A stretch of DNA of 64,000 bases. Origin: Balanoglossus misakiensis (taxonomy: Eukaryota; Animalia; Hemichordata). How positions within the stretch are numbered: the first letter of the stretch is position 1; the number at the start of each line of letters is the position of its first letter. The notes below the pieces were generated by a model. It had not been told where the DNA came from. It saw only the letters and a list, made by a program, of their open reading frames with translations, and made no database searches. Shown here piece after piece: positions 54,311-64,000 of the stretch. The stretch covers positions 12,462,520-12,526,519 of the forward strand of contig CM082578.2 of NCBI GenBank assembly GCA_040954595.2. The letters run 5' to 3'. The translations under genes were made by a program, and so were the position numbers.

Positions 54311-54320
54311 AATAAATAAA
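54311..54320 (+). terminator. Candidate distal polyadenylation signal of the receptor gene
   Basis: Overlapping AATAAATAAA at the end of an AT-rich UTR-like stretch, followed by a pyrimidine-rich tract. Confidence 0.55.
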
Positions 54321-54550
54321 ATTTGAACAAAAATGCTGTCTCTATTTTCTCTCTCCTCGCTCACCCCGTTTCCCCTTTCCTTCTCTATCGCTCGCAACGG
54401 TTTGATCGAAGACGCAACTTGTCATGAAGGTTAAAAAGTCAAATTACACGACTCAGTACATATATTGACCTTACCCTCCTTGAAAGTCTTTCGAGGACTG
54501 AATACGTAGATGCAATTGCCGAAAATACATGGATCTCCATGTAACCAGAT

Positions 54551-54568
54551 GTGCGCCCTCTAGTGACA
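54551..54568 (-). promoter_or_regulatory. CTCF-like binding motif between convergent 3' ends
   Basis: Minus strand TGTCACTAGAGGGCGCAC versus the CTCF core consensus CCASYAGRKGGCRS (one core mismatch). Confidence 0.55.
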
Positions 54569-54650
54569 AAACAAATAATGTAATTATGCTAATTTTCCTT
54601 GTCAGACAGGTAAAACACATTAAAATCAGCGAACACATTTCACTTCACAT

Positions 54651-54656
54651 TTTATT
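54651..54656 (-). terminator. Candidate polyadenylation signal of TEX264
   Basis: TTTATT on + (AATAAA on -) ~335 nt downstream of the TEX264 stop. Confidence 0.5.
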
Positions 54657-54990
54657 TTATGGCAGGAAACAATCATATGCCAGAAGTAGTTTTTAAAGAT
54701 GAAAGGTTCGGTAAATGCACGTACTGATAAAAACATGGTGATTTACATTTTCTACAACTCTAGGATTATATCAATAACCATTAATTAAACAACTAACTTT
54801 AAAAAGATCCATACACCACACCTTCGCCTAACCCCCCCCCCCCCCACATGCATATGCAGACATACAGTCTGAAACATATGTACAATATATATTGTGATTT
54901 TTTTCAATAGGTGTAAAGAATCTAAATTGTTGAAATCCCAGAGCTGCAAAAACGGCAGTGTACAATTATACGGTTCGTGTATTGGTAAGA

Positions 54991-55341
54991 TCATTCTTTG
55001 TCGTCGCCAGAGCTGTCCGCAATGTTCAGTTCCTCGAATGGGCTTTCACTGCCACTGGCGCTGTCAGAGGAACCAGATTCAGAGTCACCCTCCTCGGCAC
55101 TTGGAGTCTGTTCTGCCTCTCTCTCCAAATGCTGATCTTCGTCTCTGGATGGCCCCTGAACTCCTGCTGTGTCAAGACTCAGTTTCTGCTTTGAACTGCC
55201 CGATTTCTCGCTGCTCTCTTCCGAGGGTGTGTCTGTCACCTCAGGTACGTAGAACTCGTTCTGTTTGGCCAGGGGTCCCACGTAGTAGATGGTCTCCTTG
55301 TCGTAAATCTCGATGAATGGGTGGGCACACAGCTTTTGTTT
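54991..55341 (-). CDS. TEX264: TEX264 exon 3 (end of GyrI-like domain, acidic disordered tail with LIR FEEL)
   Basis: ttcacag|AAA CAA AAG CTG TGT, phase 0. KLCAHPFIEIY...PLAKQNEFYVPE matches human KLCAYPRLEIY...PLARQGDFYVPE; ends SGSESPFEELNIADSSGDDKE*. Confidence 0.95.
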   Translation of the reverse strand, partial: KQKLCAHPFIEIYDKETIYYVGPLAKQNEFYVPEVTDTPSEESSEKSGSSKQKLSLDTAGVQGPSRDEDQHLEREAEQTPSAEEGDSESGSSDSASGSESPFEELNIADSSGDDKE

Positions 55342-55576
55342 CTGTGAAGACGCGCAAAAACGCATGCTTGCAAAAAGTTTTTGTAGACAGGGAAGCACTG
55401 TACTACAAGCACTCTCTAATGCTGCGATCATATTTCTCAAGATAATATTTCCCCACCCTTTCACCCCAGGACCCTTTACAGAGCTCCAACTTTTACCACA
55501 CAAAACAATGGATCTGGGCCAAACCATGGTGATGAAACTTTGAAAGGGTTAAGTGCCAAAACTAGTTTCAGCTCAC

Positions 55577-55798
55577 CTTGACATAGTCGCCAAGCATTGG
55601 GTACACCCTGTAGACAGCAATGTAAATAGACAAGAAAGACGTGTGTGGAAAAGTGGTGTGAACGCAGTGATCAATCTTTGGAAACTTTGCTGTACCAAAA
55701 CCCTTGTCTTTAAGCTTTTCCACCAAGTCTTTGTCTGGCGTTTCGTCGCCCTCGGCAAGGATGCATCCCACTATGTATCTCAGATCACTGGATGCCAC
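55577..55798 (-). CDS. TEX264: TEX264 exon 2 (GyrI-like domain)
   Basis: cag|GTG GCA...GTC AAG|gtgagc, 222 nt. RYIVGCILAEG...HCVHTTFPHTSFLSIYIAVYRVYPML matches human RCAVGSILSEG...HVVTATFPYTTILSIWLATRRVHPAL. Confidence 0.96.
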
Positions 55799-56075
55799 CT
55801 GCGGGGGGAAAAGGAAAACGTTTTGTACTTTTTACTAGTAACAATTGAGGAAAAATCTGGTAGGTGAAACTGAAAGTTCCTTTGTATTGTACTCTCGGAT
55901 TGGATTATGTGTACCCGATGCAAAACAACATTACAACAACACAGTGATGCTTCAGCACAGCTTGGGTATATCTTCCCCTGGTCTGCCACTATAATTATAA
56001 GTGCGTGTTATACCATAGACACTTTACTGTCTTTGTTTATACACGATACAAGTACTACAGTGCACGTATGTTTAC

Positions 56076-56330
56076 CTCCGAAGGGTCATCGTAGTACACG
56101 CCAATCGATCTATTATCCGGAGCCAACTTCACGGCTTCGGTAAACAGTTCCCCGCATTCGCTGTATGGACCCTTGCGGAATTTGTACGCAACGCAGATGT
56201 TTCCGACCGGGGGTCTGCCCGCTTTGACTTCTATCGGGTGGAACACACCCGAGGAAAACACCAGCAAAATTATGGTCAGCAGTAGCAATGCTGACAGCAC
56301 CAAAATACCGACGACTAACCAGAACGCCAT
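56076..56330 (-). CDS. TEX264: TEX264 exon 1 (N-terminal membrane anchor, start of GyrI-like domain)
   Basis: ATG at 56330; MAFWLVVGILVLSALLLLTIILLVFSSG...VAYKFRKGPYSECGELFTE...SIGVYYDDPSE|gtaaac, 255 nt. Total protein is 275 aa. Confidence 0.95.
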
Positions 56331-59300
56331 CTTGTTCAAAGTTGACGCGTGCGTAAAGCGGTGCTCGCCCTCAAGTTCAACCATTTACCAGAAAAGGGGT
56401 GTGCCGTTCGAAGTGTGGGGGTGACTCAAAGGCCACATCGTGTGATAACAAAGACACTCCAGTGAAATTGTTGATGTCAGAGACATATCCTTTATTCAAA
56501 CTTGATACTGAACAAATCAGCTCAGTGAACAAAGGTATCAATTGAATTAATTTCATCTTTACATAATAATCGGAAACGGAGCACAGTAGTGATATATGTT
56601 GATGTACAATAAAATCCATAACATGCACAGGACATTTTTTTGGTAAAAAGTTCAACTGACAACGGGTACCTCCCTACACACCGAGGGGTATTGCAAAAAA
56701 AGAACAAAACTGCAATGATATAGTAATTTGTTCACAGAGGAGGAAACGATCTGGCAAGCATCGCATTGGTTCCCAGTCTTGCAATACTATTATTTCATTC
56801 ATGACATCTAATGTACGTTTTGTTTTTCTCAATTTGATCACAAGTGAGTACACACTTTATAATTAAATTCTGAGGTTTTAGATACAAGCTACACATGTTG
56901 AACAGAGAGGAGTGCTTAGCCATCAACGTTCACGAGGCACTGGTAAACTACCTGTTTTCTATAGCTTCTTTCTCTCAGTAATGTAAATACTTATACTGCC
57001 TCTCCTACAATACTGACAAACCACTTGCTGATATGTGCTAATAATTTATACAATACTCCACAGGCAAGTCTATCACTGTGTTCCTTAATCTAGCTTTGCA
57101 AAATAGCTGCAATTTTTGTTTTGACTGATAGAATCGTTGCTTGATGGCGCTCTGTCTGTACAAGAGTGGAGGTTTCAGAGAACGCCCTCGCATAACTAAT
57201 TTTCAAAAGTCTTTTAGCTGCTCTTTCATTTTTCAGTTGTGTAAACATTTATTTCTCCAGGACATTTTCATTAATCTATCATGTCTAGTGAAATACTTCT
57301 TTCAAGAGAGTAACTTCAACATACAGATAAACCGCCACCGAGGGCGATTATCATACATTACATTGTGAATGGACACCGGACACAAACACTGACACGCTCA
57401 TACAAATAAGACTATCTAATTTGTCTAAAAGACCTACACAGTATAAAAAAAATAATTGGGGTACATCATAAATATGCAATACAAGCTACATATTAATAAC
57501 CTAAATCAAGAAAATATCAATAAATATGGCAGTTTTGTAATTAATTACTTCAAGTTACATCAACCTTATATTACATTTGATTTTTTTTTCATATTTGCAA
57601 GTTATTTTTCATACATTTTCATTCATAATGATAGACTAGATTCAAACATACACAAGTCCAGCACTACACAGTCTTTAAAAAAGAGGGGAGACAGGGAAAG
57701 AATGGTATGATGACAAAGCAAAATGAAATATGACCTCAGAAATGTACATTAATCTTGTAGAAAAGCGGGATATCGAGGGAGAAGAAGCGAGAGAGAAAAG
57801 AGCAGTTGCATAGAGAATTCATTGCCGTCAAAATTTAGTAATCTTCACTACTGCCTCTGATATCTAGAATGACCAGTTTCTGCATAGAACCTGCGAGTAT
57901 AATGCTGAATATTGGGTGATCTGCACACTCAAGTGTTTTTGGTCACACGACGTTTACCTGCCAAAGTTGTACATTTAGAACACGCCAGTCCATTGGGGAC
58001 TGAGAAATCAATGAAATCATCTTACAGTCGTGATTTACCGATAATCACAGGGCAAAGCGAACTGACATGAACAGTAATCACTTCTGTCGAACAGTGCATC
58101 TCAACCTGTGAGATTTCTTTAAAAGACAGCCCCCAGACTCAATCACATGTTGAAACTTGTCAAGAACCAGATAAGACAGAAACAGTGAAGTCAAAGTCGG
58201 AAAGATGCACGGCATTCATGGACAATACCGGTAATGTCACATAAAACATGCGAATGAGCTCTCCCTTACAATTTAGCAGTTTTGTATTTCTTCACACACT
58301 GCAGAGAGACTCATTTCGTTCTTTTTTGGGTTGCAGTGCACATGAGTCAATTATTAAAAAATTATCCACATTCGATCGTGACGAGTCTCATAGTGACGTC
58401 TTTAACACTTCTGTCCAGCTAACACTTCACGATCACGAGAAAGAGTTCCAGACAAAAGCAGGCACACCAGAGAGCCTGTCACAAGTAAATTCAAACACAC
58501 AACATCCTTTACACAGGTATCTAAAACCTTCTCCCTTTTCAAAAATATACTCTAGTTAGAATGAGCCGTCAATACACGACATTTATGAATTTTTTCCCCT
58601 CTTATCTCAAAAATACATTAGCTTTACAGACATGACCTATAACCTGAACCATAACTGGATCGGTGTTGACAAAAGTCTCACAAATTTGGTGAGGTCAATT
58701 TTATGAAGTCAAAATTTGCAGTACATTTATTTTCTTTAAAAAATATTCTTTTCTGTTAAAATTCACCAGGAGACATATACTTTGGAATGCAATCTTTGAT
58801 CACAACTTTCTCATAAAAACAAGAGCATCGCTTAAAAGTCAACTCCCAAAACTGAAATTCTGAAACAAATAAAACAAATACATAATCAGCTTATTAAAAT
58901 TTAAAATTTAGAATTAAAATGCCTCTGACAAAGAATGCGCACACTAACTTCTGTTAAGGACTGCCTAAAAAACATACAAAAATACTTGAATAATATGTAC
59001 ACCAGTCCAGTTCTAGGTTAAACGAATAAAAGATTTTTTTCTAACTAGGCTTAATTGACGCCACAAGTATATTTGCTGTTGAACACATTTTCCAGAACTA
59101 CATGTATGTCACAGACAGGTGTGTTTTTTTCTTACAAGTCTTGGCAAAACATTTTTAACTGATTGATAGCCACTACTCCTCATCAAAATGCTTTAGGCCC
59201 AGTTAGGGAGTTCCCCATGACCTCCCAACAGCCTAAGGAATTTTTACTTTCATAGGAAGTCTTTAGTAAAAAATATTGAAGTAAAAATGTATCCCAGATT

Positions 59301-60291
59301 TAATTTGTCAATTTTTGCTGCCTGAATAATCATAGTTCTGTGAATGTGTCCAACTTGCTTATTAGTCCTACAAAATAAACAAAGCTGTGATTACATGAAA
59401 TGGTGCTAAATTAACCAACATTAAAGTTAGCAAAAAGTAAAAAAAGCGTGCTTCTTAACATTAAAGGAATAAAAAAAAATCCACTGGGGTACAGTGCTTG
59501 ACGAATAAGTAGGCTACAATTAACAAAGTTAGCTAAAGAAACAACATGCCAGTTTGCTTTGAAATTAACTTGTTAAACATGACAGTATATACACAAACAA
59601 CATAAGAAATAAAATGTGGCAAAAGGGAATGTTAACAAAACGCTTCTTTAGCTCAGTTATACTTGGCTAAAATATCTCACCCAGTTGTGACCAAAATTGC
59701 ACCAAATACATATACGTCTGGTTTTACGGAATAAATTTTGTGTACTCCAAGAGAATTGCTCTTTCATTAATTAATGTCAAGAAACATGACACTCACTCTA
59801 CACGTTATCATTTTTTAAAAACCGCAACATGATTCAAAATTTACAAGATTGCCAAACAATCTATAAAATTGTCTTATCCACGTCTATCAAGGTAAACAAA
59901 AACTTTATTGATATTTTCAAGGTGATTTCATTTTTTGGCCATCTTCAATCTTCCATCGTCACCTTCCATACATGTTTTGGTTGCGTTGGAATGTTGGTCG
60001 GGGGTCCTTGCAAGTTTTTCTTCCAGGCGCACAGAGTGACTGGGATGACTCCCAGATCAAGGCCGGCATGGGTTCAGCACCCGATTGGGAGGGGGGAATG
60101 CATGTGATGAAACTTTTTCTGGTTTGACGGGGACGTTGTCGTCAGAGTGATATAATGTGACAACAATGTGACCCCCCCCCCCAACCCCCACACACACATT
60201 CGATAGAAGCAAAGTAGTACTGTTAGTTCAGTGGTGCTAAACACAAATCTGAGGACTGCCATCAAGGATGTTTTTTTCTACTTCTCCTTCT

Positions 60292-60359
60292 TTATTTCAT
60301 GTACGGCGAAGCATAATTCAATGGTGAAGTAACTGCGTTGATCATGTCGTCTCCATAAC
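60292..60359 (-). CDS. MAGI: MAGI probable terminal coding exon
   Basis: ctgtcactcag|GT TAT, phase 1 matching the upstream donor. Encodes GYGDDMINAVTSPLNYASPYMK*; supported by splice signals and phase only. Confidence 0.6.
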
Positions 60360-60634
60360 CTGAGTGACAGTAAGAGTACATATATCCACACAGAATCAGT
60401 ACATGGGATTTGTGATTCGAGTCCGAAACAATAGAGAGAATAGTTTGAGTGAGTGTTCACGACCAAAAACTTTGTGACCGGGAAACCATACCACGTTCCA
60501 CCACATTTTACACACGTTGCTATGATACCTTATATTATAATTCTGTTCATATGCAATGTCGGTTGCTAAGATACCAGACACTGTGTCTGTTACCATGATT
60601 ACAACATCTGTTGCTACGATAGAAGATACTTTAC

Positions 60635-60773
60635 CTGATGTTGACGAGGGCGATTGACCTCTCTTGACTAGTATCCTAACTACTCCGCCGCCTCTCTTGA
60701 TGATGTCAATGGCCTCAGAATGCTTCATACCGGTTGTTCTGTAGCCGTTAATCTCCATGATCTGATCTCCAAC
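60635..60773 (-). CDS. MAGI: MAGI exon, second half of last PDZ domain
   Basis: catgcag|GTT GGA...TCA G|gtaaag; VGDQIMEINGYRTTGMKHSEAIDIIKRGGGVVRILVKRG. Confidence 0.94.
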
Positions 60774-61128
60774 CTGCATGAAAAAGGGCACAGGCTCAGG
60801 AACTCACAAAGAGTGTTTGCGTTCGGTGGGTCAACCCTTTCACCACTACGGTTCGGTTCAATCCCATTTTTTAAATGGCGTATGTGTATAAAATATACAT
60901 AAATGAGGTTGATACAAAACTGTTTTAACAAATACACCAGAAAAATACACTGGTGCTGGTTTATTTAACCATACTTCAGATTTGAAAAACAAAAGGCATC
61001 TCCATATTGCTCAAGAGGGCGCTGCATCACAAACCACAAATCTGTCTTTGCTTTTTCCATTGTTTGGATTCTGTATGTAAACATATACAAATTTTGATAC
61101 AAAACCATCTCATACACTTTGTTCTTAC

Positions 61129-61287
61129 CCTCAACTTGCTATCCACTGCTGCGGGGCCATCCTCTGCTATCTTCAGCACAAACAATGGCATGTCATTGAA
61201 CTCTTTCCCTCCCCGAATACTGAAACCAAAGCCTTTGGGTCCTTTCAACAACTCCACATTGTAGTAGTCCAGTGAGCTGCTGGATTT
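61129..61287 (-). CDS. MAGI: MAGI exon, first half of last PDZ domain
   Basis: ttttcag|AAA...AGG|gtaaga; YYNVELLKGPKGFGFSIRGGKEFNDMPLFVLKIAEDGPAA, a MAGI PDZ5 signature. Confidence 0.95.
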
Positions 61288-61411
61288 CTGAAAAACAAAT
61301 TGCGAATAATGGTAAGGGATGCGAAGGGAGTTCTCTGGAATAAAACTATTCCTGCTGACTGCTTTATGGATACAAGATGCCAAATTCTGCAGAAAACACA
61401 GCATTACTCAC

Positions 61412-62213
61412 TTGTGCATAAATTGCGTGCCTCGTGTGTTTGGGAGAATACGGAGACGGCTGATAGACGTTGCGTTTCGGTGAGTAATGCACGGCCGGCT
61501 GCACGGCGTGCTGCGGGGAGTGGTGCTGCTCCTGAGCCATCCGCTGGTTCTCCTCCTTCCGCCGGATCTCCGCTTTGTGTTTCTCCAAAATCTCCCGCTG
61601 CCACGTGTCCGTGTAGCCGCCCCCGCTCTGGGCCCTCCCCGTAGAGGGCAGCCTCTCTCTGTACGGCTGTTCGTTGGGTCTGCCGTGCATATCGGTCTGC
61701 GTTCGGTTTGGCGGGTCATAGTCTTTGAAAGTCTGGTAAGAAGGCTTCTGCTGTGGTTGCTGGTGTTGCTGATATGCAGGGCCCCGCGGCTCGCCGTGAT
61801 CGTTGAACTGAAAGTAATTGTTCGGCGACATAACCTTATCCTTTCTGTCGTTCGGAGAGGCCCGGTAGAAAGGCTCCTTCGGTGATTTCTGAGCGAACCT
61901 GTCGTCTTTGTGACCGGGCGCCCTGTGGTTCTCCGTCGACGTCGGGGTCTTCGGTTTGTTCTTCTGAGTCAGCGTCGGCGACTTGAGCACGGACGCCGTG
62001 TAGAAACCCTCTCCGAGACGTATCTCTTCCGGTTTATTCCTGTCGACGTTGTTTGGCACGTTTTCCGGGTACCTTCTGTTAGTTCCGTACTGAGGATCAG
62101 CTGGCTGCTGCTGTCGTTCCCTTTGCGACCTCCGATCCAGGGTCGATCGACCGCCGTACGCGTCGTTGTAGTTCACAGCTGGATTCCTAGGGTACCCACT
62201 GACATCAGGCATT
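61412..62213 (-). CDS. MAGI: MAGI large low-complexity linker exon (802 nt)
   Basis: attccag|A ATG CCT...GCA CAA|gtgagt. Phase 2->0 fits the neighbouring exons; open, GC-rich, P/Q/R/Y-rich. Confidence 0.82.
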
Positions 62214-62404
62214 CTGGAATTATTAGGAAAAAGAAGCAGATCACAAATTACAGTGCTTGTGATCTTGACGACGTAAAGTAAAGTCACCTGTGCAAATTTA
62301 GCCACAGTTACAGTAGCAAGTTGACAGCTAGCCAATGACAGATTTTTAAGGGGTGACCACTCGAAAAAACAGGAAATCGTAGAATTCATGAGTGATGTGC
62401 TAAC

Positions 62405-62544
62405 CTTGGATCTGGTGACTTGACTGGCCTGGCTTGTTCGTGTTGTTGTTGTTGACTTCTGGTGGCATTCTGTGGATGGCTCAGATGATCACCGTCGTTG
62501 ATCTGGGCAGGCAATGCCATGGCATTCAGCATGTGCTCAGAGCT
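62405..62544 (-). CDS. MAGI: MAGI linker exon (140 nt)
   Basis: tttccag|AGC TCT...CCA AG|gttagc, phase 0->2; SSEHMLNAMALPAQ...KSPDP. Confidence 0.8.
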
Positions 62545-62749
62545 CTGGAAATTTAAAAACGTTACAATACATAACCTGGCACACATAACCTGGCACACAG
62601 AAAGAAAGACAAGTTGCACAGCTAATGTATTTTATACACTGAGTATATTTTGATGGAGATTTGTGAAAGTTGTACATTGTGTATTTCACTGCTCATACCC
62701 CATTGAATCCCCGCTGAATTTTTTTAAAAAATTCCGTCAACTGTTGCTA

Positions 62750-63232
<483 letters not shown>

Positions 63233-63305
63233 TCAAAATTTTTACTTCAAAAACACTAACAGGCTTCAGTTATATCTCACAAACACTTCAGATGCAAGAC
63301 ATTAC

Positions 63306-63449
63306 CAATGGTGGATCCTGATCTGTTGGTGGCTGATATGATGACAAAACCAAAGCCTTCATCTTCCCGCCTCGACACAGTCACATCGTACGGGTACTGC
63401 TGTGTCACACTTTTGCTCCTGGGAAGCGTTCCTCTGTTATCACTGTCTG
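63306..63449 (-). CDS. MAGI: MAGI exon, first half of penultimate PDZ domain
   Basis: ttttacacag|CA GAC...ATT G|gtaatg; PYDVTVSRREDEGFGFVIIS. The NAGNAG acceptor allows a start at 63449 or 63446. Confidence 0.93.
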
Positions 63450-63870
63450 CTGTGTAAAAATAAATTATATCAATCACTGAACTCTTTATTTATAACTGAT
63501 TAAAAGCAATCACTTGAAATACCCCCCAAAACACCTGTGTGATTCATTGTGGAAAATTGTTTTTTCCTCTTGTCTATTGTTGTGCATGTCTACCCTATAC
63601 CAGTGCATATACGGGAAAGGTCACGGCCCAGGTCATTTCTCAAGGCTGTGTTTGTCTGTTTATTCATGGATAAACAATGGATCTTTTGTCTACGAGTCAC
63701 CATTTATAGCGGTAACCTTCAGAAACAAAAGGTCATGTGCGGTCGGGGGAACATGGGGCACTCTATAGTCAATTTGTCAGGTTGTGAGCTTGATCCTGTT
63801 GTTTATTTACAAACAACAGTGTATTCTCACAGAACACCAGTAAAAGGGCCTTTTTCCTTCAGTTCCTTAC

Positions 63871-64000
63871 CTGCTGGTCGTTGGCGTGTTCTCCTCCTGA
63901 TACCAAGCGACACCCTCCCAGCCAACGCTGCATTGCCCATCATAGACACCACCTTGTGGTGCGAGGAACCCACCACAGAATGGCCGTCTACATACATTAT
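63871..64000 (-). CDS. MAGI: MAGI exon (partial; runs off window), end of preceding PDZ domain
   Basis: IMYVDGHSVVGSSHHKVVSMMGNAALAGRVSLGIRRR...G|gtaagg, resembling the MAGI PDZ3 C-terminal half. Confidence 0.9.

Noticed and set aside
62569-62596. 14-bp direct tandem duplication in a MAGI intron
   Set aside because: Ordinary slippage duplication; no sign of function.

Overview
Eukaryotic (metazoan) genomic DNA with GT-AG introns. An invertebrate deuterostome origin is inferred from protein style and intron positions and is not proven. Three spliced genes can be read. (1) On the + strand is a metabotropic glutamate-receptor-family class C GPCR with 6 coding exons from 36447 to 52359. It also has a probable alternative last exon at 53319-53443. 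Its N-terminal exon is not visible, so 1-36446 is probably one very long intron. (2) On the - strand is a complete 3-exon TEX264 (ER-phagy receptor; 56330->54991), convergent with the receptor. (3) On the - strand is the 3' part of a MAGI PDZ scaffold gene (64000->60292). A ~14.2 kb, ~163-copy array of an 87-bp satellite with irregular higher-order structure (14529-28746) lies in the presumed intron. The most notable observations follow. The receptor keeps the alpha-amino-acid binding residues but has Val in place of the Lys that binds the glutamate side-chain carboxylate, so it is a candidate non-glutamate, class IV/DmXR-like receptor. It appears to have two alternative C-termini, each ending in a class I PDZ ligand. 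The mGluR-TEX264 adjacency mirrors human GRM2-TEX264. A CTCF-like motif sits between the convergent 3' ends, near a visible change in CpG density. No prokaryotic-type system (CRISPR etc.) is present.
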